Assembly: GCA_028534125.1 (NCBI GenBank)
Contig: CM052818.1
Span: 870,001-934,000, forward strand
Length of the DNA: 64,000 bases
Reading direction: 5' to 3'
DNA from: Lama glama
Lineage: Eukaryota
In this document: one piece after another, positions 12,914-25,849 of the stretch
How positions within the stretch are numbered: position 1 is the first letter of the stretch
How the letters are laid out: each line of letters begins with the position of its first letter
Made by a program: the position numbers and the translations under genes
Notes under the pieces: model-generated
What the model was told of the DNA's origin: nothing
What the model saw: only the letters and a program-made list of their open reading frames with translations
The model's database searches: none

Positions 12914-13040
12914 TTTTTTTTTTTTATTTTTGAGAGGCCAGAGGTAATTAGGTTTATTGATTTATTTTTAGAGGCAGGTCTGGGGATTGAACCTAGGACC
13001 TTGTGCGTGCTAAGCATGCACTCTACCATTTGCGCTATAT
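12914..13040 (-). mobile_element. tRNA-derived camelid SINE (Vic-1-like)
   Basis: Reverse complement of the same SINE: poly(T), gaggtaattaggtt, ggggattgaacc, ctctacca. Confidence 0.85.
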
Positions 13041-13372
13041 TAAGGTTTCTGCTCTCCTAGTTTAAGATGGCATTGCTATCCCCACCTCCTCCATCATTCT
13101 CTTGTGCTTAGGAGGCACAGTGTACTCAGAATCACCACTCTTTTTTGGTGACTAAAGCTCTCTGCTCCTGCACTGAGTGCTTCCTTGCCTAGTTGCTTTC
13201 TTCCCAGAGGAACATATTCATCAGTGATTAGCCAATGCCCCAGGGACCCCTCCCCTTCTCCACTTCCATTACCTTCTGCTACCCGAGACCTACCTCCCTC
13301 GGATAGAAGAAACGAAAGGGTTAATGCCTGTTATAGCTTGAGCCTCAGGTTTGATTGGTCTACACCCTTGCA
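13041..13372 (-). mobile_element. Probable LTR fragment
   Basis: Reverse strand begins TG and has LTR-like composition (CCAAT motifs); family not identified. Confidence 0.35.
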
Positions 13373-13849
13373 ATTATAGCTGTTACATATTTTTAATACC
13401 ACCACTACCTGGGGACAAAGGGGCGATGAGGCACTATTTGAAGAAGGAACAGAACCAGTGAATTGAAAGATAACTATTAACTTAGGCTTACTTGAAGCCA
13501 GAGGTTAGTGTAGTTTTTAGTTTGTAGAAATACTGTGAATCTGCAGCTTGCCAGAGCTGTGCTCAGGGCAGTCCATGGAAAGAGTCTCTGATAATCTTTG
13601 AACCAGAACATTTGAAGCATGTGGACCAGTATGGCAGTGACAGGAGTTATTAAACTAAGCCTACTGCCTGTGAAAGAATTGCAGGGTCAGCTGGCTTTCT
13701 CCCACCAAAAGATTCAGATTTCAAATCCAAGCCTTTGAAGGTTCAGGCTTTTGTTTTTAAATGAGAAAAGAATATACACAGGCAGATTACCTCAGGAAGT
13801 CAGGTTATAACGCAGCTAATCAAGTTACATTCCTCTTTAGCTACCTTTT

Positions 13850-14295
13850 AGTCCTATAAGAGTCTACATAACCTGGTTTCTACCCAGATACCTCCAGATC
13901 TAAACTCCTGCCCATCCTTCTTGCTGATCCCACTCCACCCACACTGGCTTCCTCACTGTTCCACAATATGCAAAGCCCACCCCACCTCAGGGCTCTTGCA
14001 CCTGCTATTCCAGCTGCTGGAATACACCACCCCAGAGTCTCTGCTCACATTATCAGAGAGGCCTTCTCTAATAACCCAATACACCCACACCCTTACCCAG
14101 GCTTTGTTTCTCTTCTTAGCACTTATCACCACCCAAAATTTGTTATTGTCTTGTTTATTGCCCCCTCTGCCCCTGGGATGTAAATTCTGAGAGAAGGAAT
14201 TTTGTCTGTTTTGTATGCTACCATGTGCCTAGTGCCTAAAACAGTGCCTGGCACAAAAGGAGGTGCTTGGTAAACATTGTTGAATGAAATGAATG
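13850..14295 (+). mobile_element. L2 3' end
   Basis: cctcagggctcttgcacctgct...acagtgcctggcaca...ttgttgaatgaaatgaatg. Confidence 0.85.
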
Positions 14296-15346
14296 GAGAT
14301 TGTGTTGAATTGGCTGGTCAAAGGATTCTGAATAGAACTTCAGAATAAATTTGGTTTCACTGAAGCTGATAAAGATGTCTGCCTACTAGGGAACCTTTAA
14401 TTTTCTCTCCCAGCTGGTTCCTGGCGGTATTAGGTGAGGAGAAAATGAAATGCATCTCAGGTACTTGAGTGGGTGGAGGGGAAGCTGATTATAACCTGCA
14501 GGTGACTGCCAGTGGCAAATGTCCCTTAGAATGAGTTATTTCCACTGATGGCTAAGTTAATCCAATAATAGCTTCATTTTTTATAATGCTTTTATCATCA
14601 GAAAAAGAAATTATAAAAGTTAATATGTGGCATATGTAGAGGGAAATTTTGTTTTATACATGCCTCTGTGTGTATGTATATATGTACATATATAATAATT
14701 TTAGTATATGACAAACCAGTAAGGACAACCTAGAATATGCAGTAAGTTTGTATTCCTGTGAGTTCAAAATTACTGTCTCAAGTCACTGATCCCCTTGAGG
14801 GTTGCTACCACATTACTGAATCACAACAGGATGCTACTGTCAGCAATTGGGTACTTAACAGTGGTGGTAGCCAGATCAAATTTAGAGAAGGGAAGCCCAT
14901 ATTGTTGAGTTCATATATAGTATCCATCCCTGCCACCAGGACCACTTTCTTCAGGAGCCCATATGAACATGCTTTGGAATGTATTCTAGGCACCTGTTAG
15001 CCATAGAAATTTTCTGTTTCTCCACTGAGTTCCATAAATTACTACTTTCCTCTTCCCCAGTATTTATTGGAGTCTGTCTTTTGCCTTCTCTTGGTCTGAT
15101 GATCAATTCCAAATAGCCCATATTTCTTCGAGGGCCTTTTACTCAGAACACACTCTCATGTACCAATTTCTGTCCCAATTGGTGTTCTTTGGATATAAGC
15201 AATAGAGATGACTCTGGTCAACTTAATTAAAAGAAATTTGTTGAAAAGATATAGTCTAGCTAACATACTATATGAATTAGAACTCCCAGTCAAATCACAG
15301 AATTGTGAAAGGTAAGAAATTGTTGTTGTTTTAAGCTATTAAATTT

Positions 15347-15744
15347 CTTAACATTTTCTTTTTATATTGACATATAATTGATTTACAATGTTGTATTAAT
15401 TTGTGGTGTACAGCATAGTGATTCTTTTCATATTCTCTTTAATTATAGGCAATTACAAGGTATTGAATATAGTTCCCTGTGCTATACAGTAGGGCCTTGT
15501 TGTTTATCTATTTTATATATAGTAGTTGGTATCTGCAAATCTCAGAATCCCAACTTATTCCTCCCCACCCATTTCCCTCCCTGCTAACCATGTTTGTTTT
15601 CTACGTCTGCGACTCTGTGTCTGGTTTGTAAATAAGTTTGTTTGTCTCCTTGGTTTTTTTTTTTAAGATTCCACATCATACAGTATTTCTCTTTCTCTTT
15701 CTGGCTTATTTCACTTAGTATGACGATCTCCAGGTCCACCTATG
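15347..15744 (-). mobile_element. L1 3' fragment specific to copy A
   Basis: 16-bp TSD ttaagc(t/c)attaaattt (15331-15346, 15745-15760); empty site in copy B near 47549-47564. Confidence 0.9.
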
Positions 15745-16944
15745 TTAAGCCATTAAATTTTGAGGTGCTCTGTTACACAGCATCAGATAACCAAAACACC
15801 CACTTTATACAAAATAGTAGAAAAAAATACATGGGAAATTAAAATGTATAGCTCTAAAAAGATATTGATTTACATATATGTAATTACATATGCACATGCA
15901 TAATATGGGGAAAAATAAGATGGCTGCTAGCATCCTCCTTTCCATAGGTGGGTACAAGTTACACAAAACTACTATAATACTGTAATGTCTATTTCATGTT
16001 CCCTTTCAGGATGCATCTCAGCCAGCTAGGCTCTTTTACCCTTGGGGTGACCCAAACCACCATTTCTGAGGGGTCCTACCAATATAGGGTTGCTCTAACT
16101 TCCCATTAACTTTTATTACAGGGTATGTCATTGTTAGGAAGTGTTCCAGAGGATCACTTGTATTCCAGGCATATTCTTCTCTCACTCAATTCTATAGCAG
16201 TGTTCCTGTTTCTCTTTGATAATAATATTTCCCTCAGATAATCCCCAGCCAAACACTAATCTCCTTTTTGTCCTGTTAATCCAGGTACATAAGGAGCACA
16301 AAATGGTCAGGTGACAGTTTCAACTGTCAGGTGAGTGGAGCCCTTATTGTGTTCAATGGCGGAAAAGTTAATCCCTTGGGCACTAAGACCTCTAAACCAA
16401 TAGAGCCAAAAACTGAAGGAACAAGAAGCAAACATTTAGATGTAATATTGAAAAGTAACACTACCACCGTCACCCCTTAGGTTTCGGGATGTGTTCTGAC
16501 CGTAGGAGAAAGAGCACAGGATATTAGTGACTAGTTCAGAGCACGTATAGCCCCCACCCCTACCCCACGACTGCCCCAGGCGTTTCCCAGCTGCTTCAGT
16601 AACTGAGTTTAATTGGCCACTTAGCCGTATTATAAGCTCAGCTGTGTCTGGGTGATGTGGTACATGATAAGACCACCAATTTCTGTATGTACCAGCCCAT
16701 TGCCTTCTTTCTTAGCTGGAAACAGTGTTGTGCAGAACACCATGACCAGGAATAAGGTGTTCAGCACTTTCAAGGATGATGCTTGTAGCAGAAACGTGGT
16801 AAGAAAGACAATTCTATATTTAGAATAAATGTCTATGGTAGTACGGACCATACACTGGCAGGGATCCAATAAATCAATCTGCCAGCAGGTGGCTGGCTGG
16901 TCTGTTCAGATTATGTTACCACATTAGGTGCTCACCATGGGTTG

Positions 16945-17419
16945 ATTTGGTTGATTGGTTTTGGGTTTTTCCCCAGCTTTAGTGAAATATAATTGACATA
17001 TAAAATTGTGTAAGTTTAAGGTTTACAACATGATGGTTTAATACATGTACGTATTGTAAAAAGATTACCACAATGAGGTTAATTAACACATTTATCACTT
17101 CACATAATTACCATTTTTGTATATATGTAATATTTCTTTTTCTACTCACTTATCAGCAGACGCTTAGGTTGTTTTCCTGTCTTTGCTATTGTGAATAATG
17201 CTGCAGTGAATACGGGGCAGAGATCCCTTCAAGACAGTGATTCCATTTCCTTCAGGTGTATACCCAGAGTTGGTATTGCTGGATCATACAGTAGCTGTAT
17301 TTTTAATTTTTTGAGGAGCCTCCATACTGTTTTCCATAGTGGCTGTATCAATTTACATTCCCAGTAACAGTGAGTGCCCAAGGTTTCCCTTTTCTCCACA
17401 TCCCCACAGCACTTGTTAT
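16945..17419 (-). mobile_element. L1MA-type 3' fragment with internal deletion, inside ERVL
   Basis: Antisense L1 3' end; degenerate TSD ctcaccatgggtt / ctgaccattagtt (16931-16943, 17420-17432). Confidence 0.8.
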
Positions 17420-20160
17420 CTGACCATTAGTTTTTGCTGTTGGAAGACTGAGCACTCCGCACTGGTAAAAGATAGGTTTACATTGATGATGAGGGTGCAT
17501 AGTATTGAGTCCATGCATTGCCTCCATCCCTGGTTCCATGGACACTTAGCTCATGAACTCATTGCCCACGCTAGGTACAGAGGCTGACTGAAGTCCAGAG
17601 TAGATTATCTTATTTATCCAATTATTAAGAGCCTCATCCACTTTGGAGATCTCTTAATGAGCATTCTTACAGCACACAAATATCCTCACATTCTGAGACC
17701 ATCTCTCTTTCCTAGACCTACTTGTCTTCAGCCTTCTAATCCTGTTCCTCTCAAGTCTCTTCATTGTCTGGGCAGACAATTAATTGAGGTACATTCATAC
17801 TACTCCTCTAGGCAAAGAGGAAATAGAATGAACCAATATAAGTTCTGCCCACTAGGCAGATTTCCCTTCACCGTTGCTCCTTACGGGCCACCCTACGTGG
17901 GGCTGTAATGCCGCTGTATTCATTTCTAGCTACTGACAATATATTGTCAGGTGCCAGCTGTAAACTAGGCTCAGAATTTTCCTCTTCCATCAGCTGGTCA
18001 CAAGGTCCTTCCCAAGAGGCCAGAAGTGTGGGTTGAGGAATAGCTGGATGTGAAATGCAAGCAGAGGACTAGCTGAACTATTTCAAAACACAGGGAAAAA
18101 AAGAATTGATCAATATAGATTAATGGACAGATAATGTGAAATAAAGGGAATAGAGCAAAATGTTAATTGCAGAATCTAAGTGGTGGGTATATGGGTGCTC
18201 CACTGTACAAGTCTTTCAATTTTTCTATATATTTGAAATTTTTAATAAAGTGTTGAAAAACAATAGGTTGGCTGGGAATACTGGCCCCTACTTATTCAAC
18301 TGAATTCTGCCTCCCAGAGCTATTAGAGCCCAGTTTTGTACATATTACTTCTGCTTGATGATGAAGTACTGCTAGGCATACCCCTCTTCAGGTCATGATA
18401 GATTGAGTAACACACCATTCATGATGATAAGTCAGCTTTCATGGTCATTCAGTACTACAGTCAATTTAATCTCTACCAGCCTTGAGCAAGCTGTAGTCTC
18501 AAAAGGAAAAGAATGATTTTCCCAGTAGGATTTTGTTTTGCTCCAAAATCTTAAGGGGCTACACTGTGATTCTTATATCCAGATTTTTCACAAGCTTTAT
18601 ACAGTATCTCAAACTGCCACAAACACTTCAAGAACCGTTAGATAGTTTGGGTCATAAGGGCTAGATGACAGAGTAGCTTAGACAAGCTGAACTGTTCTCT
18701 TATTCTGGATTTGATCCAAATCAAGTTTTAGGTTCCAGGTTATTCAGTCAATGGGTTGGCGTACAGATTACTCAGTAAATGTGGTATATGTTGCCCCCAA
18801 AACCCAGAACGATCTGCTATATATTGAATCTTTTTCTTAAAGATAGGGATGCAAGGTGAGGTTTTTTATGCAACTTATTTTTCATTTTGAAGATGATGTC
18901 TCAACATTCCCCAGGCAGTTGGAGTCCGGGACACTTCTTTGAGGTGATACATTGGAATTTTTGTCAATTTCCTGCCACTCCCTAGTATATATATATCTCA
19001 TCAGGGAGTTGAGGAGACCTGCTGCTTACTGCTCTCTAGTTTTATCAGAATGAATGTCATCAATGTATTGGAGCAATGCGGTATCTAGTAAGATGGTGAG
19101 ATAGTCATCCCCATAAACATCAAATTATGACCCAATACTGACACAAGTAGCTCTGAAACAAGAGAATAGAGCTATACAACTGACCTTCTAGGTGAAAGCA
19201 GTTGCCTCTTCTATTGTTGGCTTATTGGGAAATAGGGAAAAGGCAATTTCAAGATCAATAGCAGCATACCAGGTACCAAGGGCTGTTGATTTTTCTCAGA
19301 TAAAGAGACCACATTTGAATCAGCAGCTACAAAAATAAAGTTACTATCTGATTAAGCTATGATAATCCAAAAAAAAGTATCCAAAACACACATCAAACAG
19401 GTGAGTGAAATGGAGATAAGAATCGCCAATTAACCAACTATAAATATTCCAAGTCTTCTATGGCACCTAGTCACCAAAATTCCCCCAATGGACATGACAT
19501 TGTCTTTAGTTTATAATTTTGGTAGGGAGAAAACTCTTAAGAACTTCCACTTGGTCCTTTCTACCGTAAGAGGCATGATTTCATGGGTTAGAGAGCAAAA
19601 TGTATATATATATTTTTTCTTTTTTTTTTTAACCAGTAGCTAAGTACCTCTATCTCAACTATAAATTCAAGAACTAGGAAAATAAACATAGGGTGGATTT
19701 GAAGACCCATTGGGTCATTATGAGAAGAATGACAGCCAAACTTCATCACATACCTCTCTTAAGTGGACCACAGTAGAATTTGAGTTCCTTAAGGATTAAC
19801 TCTGGCTCTGAGCCAGTAACTAATAATTCCCAAGAGGTCTGGGTGTTTATCTTTCCCTAGATTAGGTTACCATGGTAATAGGCATGAATCCCCTTGGGAA
19901 AGACTAAGGAAAAAGAGTTTCATATACACTAAGTTATCACAGCATCCTTCCACAAGGGTTCCTTCATTCAAGTGGTCCTCGGACAATGAACTGATTAGGA
20001 AATGGAAAAAGGGTAAAAGGCCATGACTCCTCATTGTGATGGCTGATGTCAGGACTCTTTTAATATATCTAAAGATTTTTTCCTGTTTTCACAATTTAAG
20101 TAGAACCTTAGTAGATGGTCTGTTTTGGCCATGAGTAGGCACTATCAAAGTCAAACTATT

Positions 20161-20940
20161 CTGTTACACTGGTCGGAATGGCCATCATCAAAAAGTCTAC
20201 AAATTATAAATGCTGGAGTGGGTGTGGAGAAAAGACAACCATCCTATACTGTTGCTGAGAATGTAATTTGGTGCAGCCACTATGGAAAACAGTATGGTAG
20301 TCCCTTAAAAAACTAAAAATAGAGTTATCATGTGATCCAGCGAATCCCACTCCTGGGCATATATCTGCAAAGGATGAAAACTCTAATTCAAAAAGATGCA
20401 TGCACTCCAATATTCATAGCAGCACTATTTACAATAGCCTGGAAGCAACCTAAATATATAATGGAATATTACTCATCTATAAAAAGAAGAATAAAATAAT
20501 GCCGTTTGCAGCAACATGGATGGACCTAGAGATTATCATACTAAGTGAAGTAAGTCAGACAGAGAAAGACAAATATCATATGATATCACTTATATGTGGA
20601 CTGTAAAAAAATTGATATAAATGAACTTATTTACAAAACAAAAATAAACTTACAAACATGGAATCAAACTTATAATTACCAAAAGGGAAAAGGAGGAGGC
20701 ATAAATTAGGAGTTTGGAATTAACAGATACAAACTACTGTATATAAAGTAGATAAATAACAAGGACCTACTGTATAGCACAAGGAACTATATTCAATATC
20801 TGTATGAATATATTTATAATCTGTAATGGAAAAGAATCTGAAAAAGTACACACATATAGATGTATATATAAAACCGAATCACTTTGCTGTATACCTGAAG
20901 CTAATACAACACTATAAATCAAGTATACTTCAACTTTTAA
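20161..20940 (+). mobile_element. L1 3' end inserted in ERVL
   Basis: Perfect 14-bp TSD aaagtcaaactatt (20147-20160, 20941-20954); ORF2 C-terminus plus 3' UTR. Confidence 0.92.
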
Positions 20941-22290
20941 AAAGTCAAACTATTTTCTAGGATTACTTGCTGCCTATTATGGTAGCCATGCTCTTATTTT
21001 TCCATTGGTTAAGTGGCACTCTATAGCCTCTGCCATTCTGGTTTATGATTATCTACACTGAAATCAAGAAATGCATTGCAATAGCAGAATATCTCATCTC
21101 ATCCTGACCTTACAGAGGAGAGCTACTGTGGTTCCTTTTAGAGACGTGTGGCTCTCCGCACCAGTGTATTTTCTATGCCATAATGAAAGGAATGCTCTCT
21201 GAGCCTTCTTGAGCAATTTAATTAGGAAAGGGGTGAGTGACTGATACATCCACATTTAATAAATCCACCTTAAAATCCCCAAATACCAAAGTCTTTCGAT
21301 TTCCCTATGTCATATCAAAGAGTTTCTGGTATCTCAGTTTCATGTAGCATAAGCCACAACAGGTTTCAATCAACCAATCAAGCAGTTAGATCCTCTAAAA
21401 TTAAATAAATTTATGTCAATGGAGAATTGTGTCCCTAATCTCTTGAACTCCATGTTCACACATATTATCCATTTTGTGTTTAAATAAATTACAAAGTTTT
21501 GCAATTCTGCTAAGTAATGTTTAACTTTGTAATTGGTCCCTTGGGGTATGAGACACTATGACGTTATTTATACGTCTGGATGTAATCAGAGGGGATAAGA
21601 GGGGTATGAGGAAAATCGGCATTCACTTGCAAGGGAACTATCCCAGGTGAAGTCATAAGAAAGGCTTTTCAACCAGGGCGTGGATAGGCACATCAGACAA
21701 AGGCAGGGAAGGGGGGCTTCTGCTGTCAAGAGAAGCTCAGTGGGATTTAAGCTTCTTGGTATCAGCCAGATCCTCCCACTTCCCCATTCCAATCTCATGG
21801 TGTTACCCTTTCCCGATAGATGCCCCAACTTTTGCCTGAAAGATTAGACAAGACTATAGATTGAACCTACGTTAATCCAGCAACCCATTCAGCCGTGTGA
21901 GATTCTTTTAGGGCAGTCATTAGAACTCCTTGGTTCTCCAACTATGCCTTGAGTTAAGAATTGAAAACCCAGAGACTTTCATTTTCTTTCTTTAAGCACA
22001 GCTAGAAACAGCCAGCACAAGCCACAGCCTTCATATTCCTTATGCCCTTCACATGGTCTGTGATGGCAGCCACTTTGATCACTAAGGCATTGTCTTCAAT
22101 GTATACTTTTCACTCCACGTAACCACAGATGATAGTTGAGGTAATTGTTCACCACTGTGTACAATGCACCATTCCAGCAACCTCATTCTCTTAAACAGAT
22201 CGTCGCAGCTTTCAACTGCAGCCAGGTCAGACGACCAATCCCACTTTCCGATTTCACTGAGGTAGTATTGTCTGCAGTCACAGCTGATAC

Positions 22291-22724
22291 TGTTCAGGAT
22301 TATTTGTTTTATCTAGCACGTTTTAATGAAGAGAGATTTGTTATATAATATTATCTTAAGAATTTCCAGGAAATTTTGGATGATAGCGTAGCCAGGAGAA
22401 ACATCCAACCTCATCGTGGAAGGTCCTAAGGGAAATTCCACTCCCACCAATACCATTTATAGACACGTACAAGGCTAGAGACAAGACAGTAGAAAGGAGT
22501 TCCAACACTTCTTCCCCGCAAAGAATCAAGTGCTTCACTGCATAGACACAACCACTTCTCACATAGCTCATGTCTTGCAACTGATCCTGCATAGGTGTAT
22601 TAACTTGGGTGAACTAATTGGAGTCTGGGATTTTGTTTTTGTTTTCCATCCTTGCTTCTACAGGAAGGCATGCTAGAAGAGAGTGCAGCGGATACCGAAT
22701 GACCCGATCTTCATTCCTGCCACA
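22291..22724 (-). mobile_element. ERVL LTR (LTR33-like), probable 5' LTR of the adjacent element
   Basis: Reverse strand starts tgtggcagg...ctcttctagcatgccttcctgta...cccagactcc, recalling LTR33; abuts the ERVL internal sequence. Confidence 0.6.
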
Positions 22725-23331
22725 ATCCGAAACACTTTTTGCCCAGTAAACATATTCCTGAGAAACAAAAGCATTCACATGTAAAGATCTATGTAAGAGT
22801 GTCTATTACAGGTGCTTGTGTAGCAGTAAAAATCCATTAACAAAGTGAAGCCCCAACCCTAAGAACATGGTTGAATTAATTACAGTCCATGCACATCAAA
22901 TGTTATCATTAAAAAGAAGAAAATGGAGTCCTATGAGGTGACTTAAAGCGATTTCCTTAGGCTGCTGTTGACAGAAAAGCAAACTGAAAAAAAAATGATC
23001 TTGTTTTTGCCAAAAAGAATGAAAAGAAAACAATACACAATGCATAACGTACATGATTATATGGATGTAATTTAAAAGCTGCAGGAAAAGAGGCACTAAG
23101 TTTAGAACATGGGTTATCTGAGGAGACATGGAGTGATATATGTATGAGGGAAGGGAAGACCACACCAAGGGGGAAAGTGGAAAAGATAGACTACATTTGA
23201 AAATTGCGTGATGGATTCTGGGAAGGTGGCAATGGCAGCATCAGCATAGTTGTTCAACCTCGACAATCTCCACATAACAACAGCAGGTCGACTAGATAGC
23301 AAAACCAAAGCATGTGAAAAATATTTACAAC

Positions 23332-23440
23332 TAGGATTGCCAGATTTAACAAATAGAAAATACAGGATGCCCAGTTAAATTGGAATTTCAGATAAACAGT
23401 GAATAATTGTTTAGTACAAGTATGTCCAAATATTTCATGG
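23332..23440. mobile_element. MER53 fragment
   Basis: taggattgccagatttaacaaat...acaggatgcccagttaaattggaatttcagataaaca. Confidence 0.75.
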
Positions 23441-24002
23441 AAATAGAAATGCTAGGTCTAAAAGGGGGAGGGGAATAGAACCAGAAAAATCCCAGAAAGC
23501 AAACCACAGTATTTTTTAACATTACACAAAAGCAACAGAAGAGGGAGCTCTATGAAATTAGAAACACTTTTCTGAACTCCATCTTATTTCTTTGTAAGTC
23601 CAGGAAAACTGATTTCACACAAAAATAAGAAGCAGAATAGTATCAAGGTCAAATCCTACATAAAATTATTTTAAGCAAAAAGGGATAAGAAGCATAATAA
23701 TGGCCCCTAAAACAATGAAAGCAGCCAAAAAGACATGGCCGCAAAGCAAATAAAAATGACACTGTTTCAAAATAAATATCATCAAGAAAATTAGAGAAAA
23801 CACACAAAAAATAAATTTGAAAAACTCAGAAATTAGTTGACAGAACTTAAGGAAGAATAAGAATCAAAAGGAAAAAATCATTTCATAAATAAAAACTAAA
23901 CTAGAAAGAACACAAGAGCAAGTAAATGCAACAGATAATACATCAAGAGAAATAGAAAATGAAAAAGAGGGAAAAACTTATTTGATCAGAAAGAAATGAA
24001 GA

Positions 24003-24160
24003 GGGAGAAAGGGTATACAGCTCAGTGGTTGAGCTCGTGCCCATCATGTACAAGGTCCTGGGTTCAATCCCCAGTACCTCCATTAAAGATGAATAAATAA
24101 GAACCTAATTACCTCCCTCCCTTCCCAAGAACCCCCCCCCCCAAACAAAACAAACAAAAA
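24003..24160 (+). mobile_element. tRNA-derived camelid SINE (Vic-1-like)
   Basis: A/B boxes, aacctaattacctcc motif, flanked by gaaatgaag (23993-24001, 24162-24170). Confidence 0.85.
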
Positions 24161-24170
24161 GGAAATGAAG

Positions 24171-24259
24171 GGGTGGGTAATAGCTCAGGGGTAGAGCACA
24201 TGCTTAGCATGCACAAAGTCCTGGGTTCCATCCCCAGTATCTCTACTGAAAAAAAAAAA
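24171..24259 (+). mobile_element. Second, short SINE copy in tandem
   Basis: tagctcaggggtagagcacatgcttagc...gggttccatccccag plus poly(A); lacks the 3' motif. Confidence 0.85.
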
Positions 24260-24284
24260 GATAGAAGAAAAAATATATTTTAAA

Positions 24285-24965
24285 AAAATTTTATTAAGTT
24301 ACAGTCAGTTTATAATGTGTCAATTTCTGGTGTACAGCACAGTTTTTTAGTCATACATGAAGATACACATATTCATTTTCATATTTTTTTCACCATGAGC
24401 TACTACAAGATCTTGTATATATTTCCCTCTGCTCTACAGTATAAACTTGTTTATCTATTCTATATATACCTGTCAGTATCTACAAATCTCAAACTCCCAC
24501 TGTGTCCCTTCCCACCCCCTCCCCACTGACAACCACAAGTCTGTATCTATGTGATTCTGTTTCTGTTTTATATTTAAGTTCATTTGTCCTCTTCTTTTTT
24601 TTTTTTTTTGATTCCACATATAAGTGATATCATATGGTATTTTTCTTTCTCTTTCTGGCTTACTTCTCTTAGAATTCCAGGGACATCCATGTTGCTGCAA
24701 ACGGCATTATGTTGTCATTTTTTATGGCTGAAACTATTCATTGTATAGTTGGAGTTCATTGTATTCCATTGTATAAATATACCACAACTTCTTTATGCAG
24801 TGTCGATGGATATTTAGGTTGTTTCTATGCCTTGGCTATTGTAAATAGTGCTGCTATGAACATTGGGGTGCAGGTGTCTCTTTGAATTAAGGTCCCTCTG
24901 GATATATGCCCAGGAGTGGGATTGTTGGATCATATGGTAAGTCTATTATACATTTTTTGAGGTAA
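24285..24965 (-). mobile_element. L1 3' end (camelid type)
   Basis: Antisense L1 3' UTR and ORF2 end. Confidence 0.85.
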
Positions 24966-25849
24966 ATAACACATTAGATATCAATATGGATATTGGTAGG
25001 ATGATGTGGATAGGAAATAGTTGTCATTATCGTTTTACTGTTACTTTTAACACTTTCATTTTCTTATTCAAACTCTTGCTAAGTGAAAGGCAAATGGGGA
25101 AAATCCTTGGATTGCTGTAATATTAAGCAGAAAGTAAATGAAAACAGATGTAGACTAAACAAGTTGGTTTAAAAACAAACTGAGATTCATCATTCAACAC
25201 GTATTTCTTGAAACTTTTCACCTCTACTCTTGCCATTTATTTCCCCTATGACTTTAGGGTCCTCATCAACTCACTCATAATAATTCCTGACTGACCAACA
25301 GCCCCGCAGGGCCCCACTAAAATTTGTTCACAACATTTGGATTGTTGACTTGTGTTCAAAGGTCACTCCCTCCCTAGCAACTTCTGAAATTGAAGGCCTT
25401 AGAGGTGGGACCCAAGCTGTTTTGGTCCATTCATAATCATTCTGGACAATCTGTTCTAATGGGTGCTCGCTGTCCTTCTTGAAGAAAGATGCCATCAAGT
25501 TTATTAATCATTTTACGACTCAGCTACTTATACAAGCATATTCATATTACAGTTTCAGTACAATACTGGATTTCAGTGGTTTAAGTTTGGGGCATAGCTT
25601 CTCCCACTATGCTGTGACTAACCCTCAGATTATTAGCTTCTATTTATTGAGAGCTGCTCTCTCAAAGTTATGTAACAGTTGTTCTCCATCCAACTACCCT
25701 CAACTCCTAGAAAAATTATTTTTAAACCTCCCAGTCTCAGTAATAAGTGTCAAGACACTACCTTCCGCACATTTACCAACGTTGTCAACTGACCAAACCA
25801 GTGCAAAAAAAAAAAAAATGCACTGAAGCTGGTAAAGAGGGAGAACAGC

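Larger units (their letters stand above)
14872..17419 (+). repeat. Inverted duplication, copy A (donor)
   Basis: Reverse complement aligns to 45741-48016 throughout, apart from copy-specific insertions. Confidence 0.95.
15790..22290 (-). mobile_element. Decayed ERVL internal region (gag-pol), interrupted by L1s
   Basis: Minus strand: RT motifs YIDDI (19053-19067) and ALGTWYAAIDL (~19250-19285); integrase-like WQID near 16880; heavily disrupted. Confidence 0.85.

Noticed and set aside
16630..16869. Near-identical peptides here and at 46382-46567 as a duplicated gene
   Set aside because: Frameshifted ERVL integrase remnants, matching only because of the DNA duplication.
25328..25495. 55-aa minus-strand ORF MASFFKKDSEHPLEQ...
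   Set aside because: Short, weak start context, no family I recognise and no supporting gene structure.
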